Shown: positions 36,201-49,062, counted from the first letter of the whole stretch. The stretch: DNA of 63,117 nucleotides, filler included, from Choristocarpus tenellus KU-1152 (GCA_964200185.2; 10 parts of 10 records of this genome joined end to end with filler, not necessarily neighbours in it), one strand, 5' to 3'. Program-made: numbers and translations. The notes: generated by a model not told the origin, from the letters alone.

Positions 36201-38068
36201 AGGAGCACCACCCTCCCCCTTGTTTCCATCCCAGTCCCTGCCACCATTTCCAGCCCTAAACCTGTCCCCCTTATATTTTCCCTTTTCAAAATCCCTCTCC
36301 CTCACTCTGTCATGGTCGGCCATTCTGTTCTTTCCCTTGTCCTTGATTCTGTCTGATGCCACATCCCTACCTAATGCCTTGGTTGAAGTCCTGCCTAGTC
36401 CCTTCCCCATATCCTTGGCTGATTCAGTCACCTTTGGCCTTTCCCACCTATCCCTGGTCCTTTCTTTCAATTGCCCACGGCCTAATTTGTGTGGGGAGCA
36501 CATGCTTCCCCTAGAAGTGGTCCTAGATACCCCATCATCGCTTTTGTCATCTCTGTCGCCATCATGGTCATCGTTTCCCCCATCCCTTGACCTGTCATCT
36601 GAAAAGTCACTATGTGCTGGCCCAGAATGTCTCCTGCGCAGTCCCATCCCATCCCCATCTTCCCCTGTATCCATGTCTTGGTCTTGATCTTCTTCCTGAG
36701 GGGAAATGGATGGAACATATGCAACGCAGTGAAAGTAGCATCATTAAAAAAGATTTCTACAAACCAAATAATGTGACCAAATAATGTGCTACTACCTCTC
36801 CAACTGCAAAGAGCCCATTGATCACAACAACACCTTGACCAAAGAATCTCAATCCAACCCTACCTTGTCACTGACATCACCGCCTGCGGAGCCTAAAGGA
36901 GCGCTGTTTCGCGTATTTCGCACCCTAGCACAGCTTTTTTTATCGTCAATTATACCAGATCCTGCCCCAGATGAACCAGATACAGCAGGGCCTCCTGATC
37001 GGAAACGGACAAAAGAGAAGAAAGGCGTTTGATTAGATATCGCAAGCAAAAAACAAGCCTGGATTGTGTTGGCCTTGGCCATCACAAACTCACCGCCTTT
37101 GAAGCCCTTCACCCTAAGTCCTTTCACATCTCCCTTCTCTAGTTTTAACTGGTACTCGGCTTCGTTGCCTGTGCTTTTGGCCAAAACCAGGTCATAAGCA
37201 CGCTTGGCAACCTCCCCATGTGTTGTCTGGAGGTTGACCCAGCCATTCCCTGTGCGAACCACCAGGCCTGTAACATCCCTATGCTTCTCCGTCGTTATTC
37301 GCACCGTTCGTCCAACCCACGTGTCCATGGCAACAGAAGTAAGAGGAATCCCTCCCTGGACAAACAACAAGTATGGAGAACCATCAACAATGGTCAGTGG
37401 AGTTGAACATCGCAAGGAAAGATAGTGCATTGGCGAGAAAAGAACTGGCCATGAATTTGACGATCATCACCTCTGATTCATCACCACCATCCTTGAAGTT
37501 GTCGCTGCTACGGCAATCCCTGCTGATCCTACCAACCTTTCCATGTTCAGTCGGGTCCTTGGTGGCTGTCCTGGCACCAGTCCTCCCCCCTACCTTACCA
37601 CTCCTCCCAGCTGTTGCAAACCATCAGCGATCACACGAGTAATAATGATACGGGTGAAGGTGTTTAAGAGAGTAAAGAGAATCACAGATATTGAATCAAG
37701 ATTTCTGCCCTCTAACGACCTGCCGGCTGCTTACCTTCTACAAGCGAACGGGCCAACGTGATGGAAACAGATCCACCTTGCGCACCGGGCTTAAATGGGC
37801 TATCCGTTGAGATTATTTCAAGGGCAGAGGGTCGCATGGTTCCAATCTGGTTATCCTTACACTGGACTTTGTACCATGTGTTGGGGTGTGCTGGAACCTC
37901 GCAGATTAACCCCTCTTCACCAGCAAGGTGAGGAAACCGCTTCTGAACGTCAGCTGTGTTGCGAACAAGCACCCTGGTCCCGAGAGTTAGTCTTGAACTG
38001 GAGGCAGAGTCTGGTGACGACGTCGCATCACTACCTTTTCGTGCGGGTGGTGCTACCCGACTTGCCAT
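33274..38068 (-). CDS. Uncharacterised multi-exon nuclear protein with KOW/SH3-like barrels, an RD-rich region and a putative C4 zinc-binding motif
   Basis: ATG at 38068; about 10 GT-AG exons join in phase: GTRVLVRNTAD...GEEGLICEVPAHPNTWYKVQ; WVGRTVRITTEKHRDVTGLVVRTGNGWVNLQT (KOW-like); RD/RE low-complexity exon ~36013-36694; RCDMCMWEME|AGDRYCWNEQCW; KKRKR NLS-like; last exon ends TAG at 33274. Some exon borders are tentative. Confidence 0.72.
34442..34580. repeat. ~72-bp direct tandem duplication in an intron
   Basis: atatactatatatatatactaactagc...ggcagtggaggtacaactgtgaaa.cagtcctt occurs twice. Confidence 0.85.
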
Positions 38069-38679
38069 GATTGACTTACAATAGTTTTGGGGCACACTCG
38101 TAGTTCCTTGCACATGACCTTGTGTCTATTTTTTTATTAATACATTCGGTATCGTATATGGAAGGAGTATGTCACAGCCGTTACACCACAAAAAAAATAT
38201 TGAGGAGGAAATTTATACTTTATGATAAATCTCTTCCGTTCTTACAACAAAGTAGTAGGAGTATTATGGTTGGGATGTACATACTTCTAGTTTTATTTTT
38301 CAATATATTTTTGCTATATCTCTTCTTTTCTTACAAGATTAAGAGTAATATATATTATGAATGTATTTATTTCTGGTTTTATTTTCAATACATATGAACT
38401 AAATATAGCGCAGTAGGTACCTCGATTTTGTGCACATATGGGCATGCCCGAAACAAGCGGTACATAATTGATGTGGTACAATATCGTTTTTATAGTAATT
38501 AATGGTGGTTAGCTGGGAAATCAATCGTCGAAGNNNNNNNNNNNNNNNNNNNNNNNNNNNNNNNNNNNNNNNNNNNNTTAATTAATTAANNNNNNNNNNN
38601 NNNNNNNNNNNNNNNNNNNNNNNNNNNNNNNNNATACGACCGGAAAGGAGTAGTTAAATCCAGGCTACACCAAGTTGTT

Positions 38680-38860
38680 GGCTTTAAGTATCTGGGGAGG
38701 GGTGGCTGGTGTCCATTCAGGGCCCATTTTTTCCATGTCGCAATTTTGGGTGATTTGGTTGCGTACATCGGATGGATAATGTAAGTGCACTTTTCCTGGT
38801 TTTGGTCAAATGGACACCCTGGTGGTGTAGACTCCCCACCCCCCACAGATACTTTGGGTC
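38680..38860 (-). mobile_element. MITE family 2, at the start of a Copia RT remnant
   Basis: ggctttaagtatctgggg ... cagatactttgggtc; reverse complement of 16744-16920. Confidence 0.85.
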
Positions 38861-39473
38861 TATACGAGGTTGGAAGAAAACAAATCTGGGGTTTGGGATG
38901 AGGTGCAAAGGCCATCAGATCGGCGTGATGTCAGATCCAAAGACTAGACTACAAGGAGAAATTTGCACTGACACCCTCGAAAAGTACTCTACGGTTGGTG
39001 ATGGCAATCGCTGTATCTGAGGACATGGAACTACGTCATGCTGAAGTTGGACAGGCTTTTTTTGTCCAAGCAGGTGTCAAAGAGGATATTTACAAAGAAC
39101 TGCCAGAGGATGTAACAGCAGCTCCAGGAACGGTAGAAAAGGTCAAGAGATCATTGTATGGCTTGGTACAAGCATCGTGCAACAGGCATCTCAAACTAGT
39201 TGGAACCCTCAAGGGACTAGGTTTCGAGCAATGTGAGGCTGACCCCTGTTTACTTCGTCTAGTGGACATGGGGTGTTGGGAGTGCTGATAGTCATACACG
39301 TGGATGATCTATTGATGGCTAGTCACTCGCAGGAGAAGGGCAGGGCGGTCTTGGAAGCTCTGAACAAGGAATTCCCTGTGAAGGATTTGGGTGACGTAAA
39401 ATTATATACGGGATGTCGCTTTTCATGGGATCGTAAAATGAAGACACTAAAGGCTGTGATGCCAAGGAAGTGA
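38861..39473 (+). mobile_element. Ty1/Copia reverse transcriptase fragment
   Basis: GVWDEVQRPSDR, QAFF..EDIYKELPE, KRSLYGLVQAS, GFEQCEADPCL, IHVDDLL, FPVKDLG are Copia RT (RVT_2) motifs; frameshifted. Confidence 0.92.
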
Positions 39474-40259
39474 GACTTAAATTCCGCCAGATGTAATGCC
39501 CAAGAGGTTGGGAAAACTGATACCAAAGAGCAAACGGAGAAACCCAAGTCGGTCAACGGAGAGGTACTTTCCGAAGAGCAGGCACGTGTACTATTGATTC
39601 TGTGCTGCCAGTTCGTTATCTACAACAGGAATACACCCTCCACGCACAGAAAGACCAACAACTCACTTCGGAAGCCTTGAGGGGAATTTTGTAGCTGGAT
39701 CTTGCCGATGCTTTGGTCAAGACCATATCAGGACAGGGAATTGCAAGTTTCTCAACTCTTCCGTGATTACAATGCTCTCTCCCCCACTCATCAGCTCCAG
39801 GCCTTGGAAAGTCATGCTACTGATGAATAATCACTGGATGAAGCAACACTTGCCCCATCTGTAAGCACAAGTGAAGGACTTGACCTCACCAAACTAACAA
39901 CCCTTGCGTCAGATGTCTCACCCGGAAATCTGCATTGTGAGATTGTGTGCACTTCATCACCCCTGCCCTCGCTGCCTGATGGCACAGCATCAGCCCTAGT
40001 CCCCCACGATTTCGAGTCCTTTTGCGCAGCACCAGCACCAGCACCAGTACCACAACAACATTGGAGCACAGAAAGGACCCTCGTTGTGTGGGTAACTTCA
40101 TGGAGAGGGTGAGGGTGTTTGGGACAAAGACATTTTCAAGCCCAAGCAGGCATACAACACAATGCTTAGGAGTACCCATGGGTTTTACAAGACTATCGTC
40201 TGCAATGCTGCATTCCCTTCTGAAGCGTGGAAGCAATATCGAGGACACTTTCTAATCAG

Positions 40260-40640
40260 ATCTAATGAGGAGATGCTGCACTCTAGAGGTTTGTACTAGC
40301 TTTCAAAATGACCAAGGTTTCAGACCCCTAGATCACCTTCACTACTATGGTTGATTGGGTCAGTCTACTGGTAATGATGGGGCACGAAATGTCCGAGTCT
40401 GTTCTATAGATGATCATCCTCGGCTATTTGGATAATGACCGCGTGGTAACCAAGCATTTACTCCAGCACCATAGAAAGGAAGGTTGGACCATGCCAATTA
40501 TCATGGAAGCAGCCCGGTCCAGATGTTTTTCTCTGCAGAGGAAGGTGGGGAACCACAACAATGCCTGGAGTACCTCTATCGTGAAGATAGTTTGGGCCAA
40601 CCACGTAGATGGTAAGAGGCTGAGTGGGTATAATGCTCAA
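40260..40640 (+). mobile_element. Possible Copia gag remnant
   Basis: Degenerate DFRPL..W..SL...ESVL*MIILGYLDNDRVVTKHLLQHHRKEGWTMPIIMEAARSR, weakly gag-like and close to the Copia RT fragment. Confidence 0.3.
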
Positions 40641-40949
40641 TCCAGAAGCACGACAGGTGGGTCCAGTATCAGATGTTGCAGTATGGATTTACTCAACATA
40701 GGTGTGCATCTTTTTCGGGTGGGATACCTTGAGTCAGATATGGCAATTTTGTGTGTTAACTCTCCCCCATCCATGGTAAACCATGTGTATGGATTGAGGG
40801 AGTGAGGTAGGTTGAAACAGGAAAACAGTACTGTTACTAATTGCAACAAGTGATACGTGACTATATGATTCAATTTGTACAAAGAATATGTCCATGTCAA
40901 GATCAAATAGATTGATCTAACTGAATAATTCCATTTGAGTATGCGCGTT

Positions 40950-43250
40950 TGTAATATGTACGTTCTGCTAAATTTTATTGCAATGCTCATTGCCTCGTGC
41001 ACCTGCTTCATGCAACCAACACGCATTTCGGTTCTAATGGAGTACGTCAAACGCTTTTCAGCTGATTCAGTTTGCACTATAGTACCAGACCTTTTCAAGT
41101 CACGGCATAAAAAAGTACGTACATGGAATTGTGATTGGAGCATGACTGCATCCACAACTGTAGAGTAGTGCACAATATCTACTTCTTTTATGTAGAGGTA
41201 GTTCAATTACCTCATTAAGTTGGTCGAGAGTGTGTTGAGAGACTGAATCTCTCATCATGTTGTTAATTGTTGCCGTTCAGCACATACTGCACATCCCCTG
41301 AGATGCCATACTCCTGGCCTATTCCGTGGGCAAGGAACAGGAAGTAGCCATACAATATGAGAGAAAGTATCTTAGAGGGAAGGCGTTTTGACCTGTTTGT
41401 CCGTTTGGGGCTTGACTTCCCATATATATATTTTTAATGACATTTTCCTACTCCGAAATGTTTTAGAGTAGGTATCATATGTATGTCCAGATCAAGGATA
41501 TTGACAATTCTTAACAAACACGAAGGCCAAAATTACATCAAAATCGCAACATTAGATTTTGGTCGCCAAACGGACGCGGCTCTACCCTCTAAGATGCTTT
41601 GACTCTATTGAAGTTGTCCTTAGACCTGAACCTGTGGATGGTTGGAAATGACAGTCCTCAGAACAATACACCTGTGGAACAAGCATAAGCTTGCATTCTG
41701 GTGAGAAATGCACTAGCCTGCCAACCACCCAGCCTCTGCATATTATGGGGTATTGCTGTTGAAACGACTTTATTACCCTAAAATTCGTAACATACCTTAC
41801 AATATGTGTAGGTAGGGCATTTGAAATATGCACAGAATCCAGCGCCTCCAGCACAAAGAAACAAGGTCACTACACCCAGGCGTCAAGAAAGTGTGCATAA
41901 AGAGGCGAAGTGTTGCAGGCATTTACAGATGTAACTACTCCTCACACTCTAACTAACCACCAGTGAGAGCAGTATTAAGTATGCACGCGGACAGTCCAAA
42001 AGGGGGACGTTCCAGTTGCCAGAGTTACACTGTAAAATCTGCACCTGGACAACAATTCGGTAGGTTTCGGTTGTATTACCGCCTTTGGAAACCAGACTTT
42101 TCAGACTGCAATCGATGTCAACCACCATGCCTCAGTTGTAGTAGTCGTTTCTGGTGCACCCTTAACTTGAGAGTTTGCTGGACGACTGTTATTTAGGCGA
42201 GTACAAAAGAGATGTACCGATAAAAAAAAGTTTTCCTCTTTCCACTCATTTTTCTACCTTTGAGAAATTTCCTTTTTTGAATCGCTTTCTCTTGTTTACA
42301 AGATTATAACTGATGTGTGAAATAACAAAACCGTTCAAAAGTGGCCCACTTTGTATAGCAATAATTGAGCAAATGGAACCAACCGTTCCCTTACAAAACA
42401 GGACTTGCGGACCCAAGGGCACTGAGCGTTGCCTTGACAGCGGAATGTTGCTAGCTCCAGAATATTGGCCTTTCTCGTCATCCACATAACGTACAAAATG
42501 GGCTGAACGATGTCATGTATGAAGGTCTTCATTCATCAAAGATGACCACAGGTTCCAGTGCAATGCTAACTTTGGGCATAACACTTTCAGAAGTGTATAG
42601 TATATGCATCTGTGAGACAGCATGTACCGAATACCTCAAGATGTTTTGTACTCATCAATTGATTGTATACTACTTCCTCTGCATTCAGCACCATTTCAAC
42701 CACTTTTTGGGCACACTATGAATGCATGGTATCTGATTTTCATTATTTTTGGTCGGGGTCTTGCCAACACCCATTACGAGGTTACTCTCAGGAAAATCCC
42801 GACATAACCACAACAAAAGAACCGATCCCTGTGTGAGGTGCTCTCATACACGTAAGTGGGCATTTGTTTTCCAGAAGCGAACTGCCCCGCACACTGCTCA
42901 AGCTGATGGTGAACAGAGTAGGTACTACTGCTTCCATCTCGGAGTAACATGAGCACTACCTTGAAAAACTAGGTATATTTCAGCTACACCACAACCTATA
43001 CCGCGACCAACTGCAATGTCACTACAGTCTACATTATCAGAGTAGGCAGTGCACGATCTATGTACAACTAAAATATGTACAACAGTCAAATTCAAGCAGA
43101 TCTTACAATCCACAAAACGTTGTGTTCGGTAGTCAATCACATGAACAGCAAAGGTGATCTTTTCTTCCATAATGACAGTGATAAGTGTCCATCCACAAAG
43201 TAAAATGAATCACTCCATCTTAGCGAGAAAACAAGGACCTGTCAAGGATG
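40950..43250 (-). mobile_element. Probable degenerate hAT transposase, interrupted by a MITE
   Basis: In order on the minus strand: FILLCGWT...ITFAVHVID (cf. slt.DgWt...vtahfid), GSAHV (C..H), IALEPV, and C-terminal TIVQTESAEKRL..SIRTEMR...VHEAMSIAI (cf. hAT dimerisation domain patSa.vERlFS...t..R). Confidence 0.45.
41359..41605 (-). mobile_element. MITE family 1 copy with a small internal deletion
   Basis: gagagaaagtatcttagaggga ... taccctctaagatgctttgactc. Confidence 0.9.
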
Positions 43251-43388
43251 TCCATGTACTGCTTACGAGTTACTACTATTACCACAGCATAATTTACCTT
43301 ACCCTGCCCCCAACCTTTGGTATGTAGTACTTCTATCTCAAACTTGACAACTAAGTTACGGCCTTCCAGGCAAATGAACTCCAGTGTT

Positions 43389-43426
<38 letters not shown>
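43389..43426. repeat. (TAC)n microsatellite
   Basis: Read directly. Confidence 0.9.
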
Positions 43427-44463
43427 TACAACAGCTGAAGGCGATAATCTAATCCCCACGACCATACAAGGCCATAAGNNNNNNNNNNNNNNNNNNNNNN
43501 NNNNNNNNNNNNNNNNNNNNNNTTAATTAATTAANNNNNNNNNNNNNNNNNNNNNNNNNNNNNNNNNNNNNNNNNNNNGGGGAACATTACTAGGAGAATC
43601 ACAATCTTTTCTAGGGCGCTTGTTGTCCAGGTGCAAAACCTAGTGGTAGCCTTATTCAGCAGCAGGTGAGATAGTATCGGAAAAGAACACAAGATCACAT
43701 CAATGCTATATCATACCATCAACCACTATGGGATGGCGCTTCACCTCCCACCTGCCCCAGCCCCAGCCCCAGCCCCCGAAAAATCCCTTTCATTTCACAT
43801 CTCGAGAAAAAAAAAGCAAGAACCAGCCTCAATGTTGTGCAGAAACTGTGGTGGATAAGGCCCGTCCCCCTCATTTCCATCACCCCAACATATCTCGTAT
43901 ACCATAGGGTGACCAGTCACTACTACAGAGATGTGAGGGAGACACCCAGCTGAAAAAAGAGAGGGATTGATTTAATCCATGTTTACATATATTCAGCAAA
44001 AAGGCCCCGGGGTCAAGTCATGTTCCCTTCCAGCAGGACACAGGAGAATGAATGTCTTAGACTCAATTGAAGTTGAGTGCAAAGCACTTCAAAGCAAAAA
44101 GGTAGTGCGTATGCAATAGTTGCAGCCTTCTACAACCTGTATTTACAGCAAGGACCTGGTAGTAGTGACATTGTTAATGAATATCTATCTATTGAATATC
44201 TATCTATTGAAGAATGTGTAATGATGTCAATGATAAAACGTGTAAAAAAAGTGGTAGAGTCTGTTGGCCAATCTGTGAGTAAAATTAACGATGAAGAAAA
44301 AGAAATGATNNNNNNNNNNGGTATTAAATGTAGACGGTGGACATGTTAAAACTATTGAAGATCATCATAGCTTTGAAGCTATGGTCTCTGTCGTATATAA
44401 ACCTGAGTCTGTAGAGTCAAACACAAAAGGAACACGTAACTTTATTAGTGCAAAATTTTCCAA

Positions 44464-44828
44464 TACATTTATCACACTAGAATGATAAATTTGTTACATT
44501 TATCACACTAGAACGATAAATTTGTTACATTTATCACACTAACATGATAAGTTTGTTACATTTATCACACTAGAACAATAAATTTGTTACATTTATCACA
44601 CTAACATGATAAGTTTGTTACATTTATCACACTAGAACGATAAATTTGTTACATTTATCACACTAACATGATAAATTTGTTACATTTATCACACTAACAT
44701 GATAAGTTTGTTACATTTATCACACTAACATGATAAGATTGTTACATTTATCACACTAACATGATAAGTTTGTTACATTCATCACACTAGAACGATGGAT
44801 TTGTTACATTCATCACACTAAAATGATA
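44464..44828. repeat. 31-bp minisatellite (~12 copies) with internal dyad symmetry
   Basis: Unit TACATTTATCACACTA(GAAC/ACAT)GATAA(A/G)TTTGT starts every 31 nt from 44464 to 44805. ATTTATCA...TGATAAAT is an inverted repeat within the unit. Confidence 0.95.
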
Positions 44829-45311
44829 CACCTGTACAAGTAACAACACAGAGTAAGAAAATCAGGCATTTCGAAGTAAATAATGACCAAAACACAAACT
44901 ACTATTAAAGGCATTATTGAAGGGCAAAGGTGAGGAAGACAAAGTCTGGGACAGTTACTGCAGTCTCAATCGTACAGACCGGAGGAAGCAGCAGAAGGTC
45001 CACTGGGAAGGCATCACCTTGGGAAGGCATCACCTTGGGAAGGTGCCACGCATCAGAGGCACAATCAACCTTGTTGACCAAATTACAGTAATAATATGTA
45101 GAGTAGTCAACAGCACCAATTGCCACAGAGTACACAGCGCATACCAACAGTGTTAACTAAATAATAATAAATAACAATCATATTTTTTGTAATAGCACCA
45201 ACTCTGAAGCAAAGCATAGCATAGCAAAAAAAAAAAACAGCAATCCTCCTACCGGTCACATTTGAAACAGCAATCCTCTACAGGTGTACCAAAGAATGGC
45301 ATCAGCTACAT

Positions 45312-45354
<43 letters not shown>

Positions 45355-46803
45355 TTTGTTTGTTGGTTTGTTTGTTTTCTCTTCAAGTGTGGGGATCTCG
45401 GATCTGTCAACAGAGACAAGTATCCACAACTATCTTGGTAAAATTTCCGGGCATGAGGTTGCATACATACATACATACATACATATATACACAAGCTATC
45501 GATACACAGAATGGTATGTTCCACATGTTTCATGACCCCAGTGGGATACCCTTTGACATGCAAACTTCCTCAAACTTATTACTTTTATTACAATATATTT
45601 ATATTTTCAAAATAATACTTTAATACTTCAATAGGAACCTAGTGCTACTCTCCTTCCCTTCACCTCTCCCAAACATGACATAACATGGTATGACATGACA
45701 CAAAAGATATTTATCTTATCAACTAATATCAACTAATATCAATACCACCATGTGTCATGCACTCACTCTCTCTAGAAACTGTTTACGTGCACAGAAAGCT
45801 TGACATGTGCATCATATTATTAATACTATTATCATTAATATTACTATTAATCAATATTAATTTTACAATTACTATTGATGTTATGATGAGTATTATTGAT
45901 TTTGCTACTGTTATCATTACTATTATCATTATCATCAAAATTATTATTATTAGACATCATCTGTGAGTACATGACATGCACATTATTGTATGCATATGGT
46001 TTTGATACAAAAAGGGTCCGGCATAGGAGAGGCTTTACTTACCATCACCATAACAAGCAGGGGTAAAATTGGTCTGCAGACCAGCAAACCAAACAGGAAA
46101 TCAATGCCCTGTTTCTTAAATCGAGCACAAGATCAGTCCCATGATACACACTATTCTTACCCTTCTATTCTCCTGACCTGATCAAAGTATATCTATATTC
46201 AGAGTAGAGAAGAGTGTCAAGGACGGCGGTTGAATAGCTGGGCAGTAGTGATATAATACAAAGGACTTAGATCAACTGCATCTGTTAAAGGTATACAGTA
46301 CCTCATGCATGAGTACCAGAACATCAGATAAAGGTTGATCGACTCTCCAAGATGAAGATAGGTTGAATAACAGAAACGGCTGTGTATTGAGAGAGGATGC
46401 AGCAATGCTCTGCCAGCACTCTCCCTGTATGATAGGTGCTCACTACTCTACCAACAGGTAAGACGCCTACAACATAGGAATCAGGGATAAATTCTCTTAG
46501 CACTACTGAAACAGGTTGACTCCATGCCCATACAAACACTAGGAATAATCAAAGGCAATGCTGCATATAGCAGCTCTTGTGCTGGGACACATCAACAAGT
46601 CAGCAGGAGCTACAGAGCAAAGGGAGGGGTTAATATGACCTACACTACAAAAATTAGCAAATATATATATATATATATATATACCTATTTCCCCTCCAAT
46701 TTCTCAGTGTTACACTATATTCCATCAGCAATAATATCGACAAAAAAACGCCTTCAAAATAACAGGCAGCAATTACAGAATTGAGACCAACACCATCACT
46801 GAC

Positions 46804-49062
46804 CCCTTGTCTGTCACACAGAGCCGGCTGTCGCCATCCCTCGCCATGAGCCCACTTTCCTCCATGAAGGCAACAACCTCTCTTGGAGGCTCTGCCGTAT
46901 TCCTGGTGTCCACAGTCGACCCAACAAGGAAATACAAGACACCTGCCATGGAAACACGGTAGGGGAAGAGGGGTCACCGTGGGGTTGCTGTTCAAGCCGC
47001 ACCAACAATGGGAACACCTGCTGCAAATAGTCTCACAGGGACAGTTGGGCTTCCTCCGTGTATGGGGGTACATGGACATGGACAGACACAATACCGACCA
47101 AATTTTGGAACACTGTCCGTGAACTCTCAGCAAAACTACAAAAAAAAGGAGTAGAATGAACTTGTCGACAACTGCCTGAGATGCCAACGTTTTGTCACCA
47201 AAATGGGCGTGCAGTTCCCTGCTTGACCTACTTGGAAAGCAGCAAATATCACAAACGGAAGTATAGAGCCGGTAAGTCATCTCTAGCCCCCACAAACATG
47301 AGCGTTGACTCTGCCTCTAAGGCTATGGAGGATGATAATACTAGTGTGACAATGCACACTACGTCTTGCAAACAATTCGAACGCTTGGTGCTTCCTGGGG
47401 TTGAGAAAAAAACGAGCAGTATCATTTGCCAATTTCCTGACAGTATGTGGTCACAGGAATCCCATCCAGTGTTGATAACTCTGGCTGCTAATCACCACAA
47501 CAGAATAAACTCTGTAGGAACCATGGCTAGCAAGAGATATATAACCAACAGGGAAATGCTGGCATCAATATTGAAATAACCTGCAAAAAGTTTAGAAATG
47601 TGATGTCGAGGTGACCACAGCTCTAACCCTTGAAAAGAGTCTGCCAGAAAGCGTTTTCAATGAGGTTCTCACACAGCACACTCTATGAGATCAAGTAATG
47701 AAGATATTCACAAGGGGGCACACGTACACATAGTCTCATATTGTCATAGCAAAGGAGAAGATACGATGCCTCTCAGGCCTAGTTCGAACATGCTCTACAA
47801 CATCAGTACACACGAGATACCATACAGTATCTGTATCGTCTTGGAAGACAGACACAAAAGCAAGGGGGGAGAGGGACAGGGGCAGGAAAATACTTGCCCT
47901 GCCATCTCGCATGCATTGTCTGTTCTATCTTGGCCACTGTTGGAGGATGCTTGTCAGCCCTTTGCTCCACCCACTGATCCACATGATACCCGAAGGCAGG
48001 AAAACCCAAGCCATAACAAGTACAGTCAAGAGTTGGGTCACATGGAGGGAATGTCATGCAGTCTGGCGGACATCCCACATGCAGCAAGCAATTTTTTCAT
48101 TTGAAAGGTGCCATCACAAAAAGATTCGTACCAATTTCACGGTTGATGTACATAAAGAAGACATTATGGTCAGCTCACGATTTACTAAAGCGCTGCTTAC
48201 ACAGGGAATAACCATAAGGGAAGCACTGCATTGCTATAGTCGTCTGACAGCAGTGAAATAATAGCAATAGCAACCAAGGAAGCTCTCGACAGTACAGTAG
48301 GTGGACCAGATACAACTCCTACTTTCGTGAGCAGATAGAATCCAGACTTTGTTCCAGCCTCTCATGTTGGTATCTGCTGTACTATTGCAGCTGCCCAATA
48401 TGCCCAAGAGGGACAGTATTAATTAGATTCGAACCATCACTACCCCTCTTCGTAAACTGTCTCATCGAGTAAGGAATACGAGAGCAAGGCGAGGACTGAC
48501 CTGCCATGGCGTCTTATTAGGAGCACACAGAGCCCGCTGGAGGTTTTCCCGGAAAGGTGGATTCAATTGCAACTCGTTGCTCTTCTCGGGATCCGGGTTT
48601 TGTACAAGGACTCTCAAGGTCAGTAGCTGAAGACAAAGATGGAGATGACGATATCGAAGGGGAGGTTGAGTTTGGCGAACCGTAAGTACGAACTAGTGCA
48701 AACTGGTCGAACAATACTTTCCAACGAGTCAGATTCCAGACTGATGCCTTTAAAGACAACACTCTCACCTTACGAAAGGCCATGGTATGTGTACGATGAT
48801 GCTCCTTCACCACCCAAGACTTTATCATTCCACGGTCAACATATCCGCCCACGAAAAGCAAGCGCATCACATACTGTTTTGATAGTTGTGGCAGGGACTG
48901 GAGAATTGCTCTGCAGGTCCATTGTCCATGACCACGTTCTCCGGCATCTTTTCCATACAGCCGATCCAGTGCTTCGACCGGGAGCTTTTCTAGATACTCA
49001 AATATATTGGTATTCGCTTCCCCATCCAAAATTTCACTCTCTCTCACGGTTTCTCGAGGCAT
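46804..49062 (-). CDS. GTF2H4: TFIIH subunit p52/Tfb2 (5' part, 4 exons visible)
   Basis: Exons 49062-48769, 48626-48501, 47973-47898 and 46942-46804: NIFEYLEKLPVEALDRLY...CRAILQSLPQLSKQYVMRLLF...|LLTLRVL...LNPPFRENLQRAL...PWQ|...HARWQG|VLYFLVGS...VVAFMEESGLM...LCVTDKG, the Tfb2 N-terminal signature. Downstream exons were not found before the gap. Confidence 0.9.

Noticed and set aside
36022-36687. 221-aa Ser/Leu/Pro-rich + strand ORF
   Set aside because: Antisense shadow of the purine-rich RD exon of the minus-strand gene.
44464-44828. CRISPR-like array (palindromic ~30-bp repeats)
   Set aside because: Units are directly adjacent with no unique spacers, there are no cas genes, and the context is eukaryotic.
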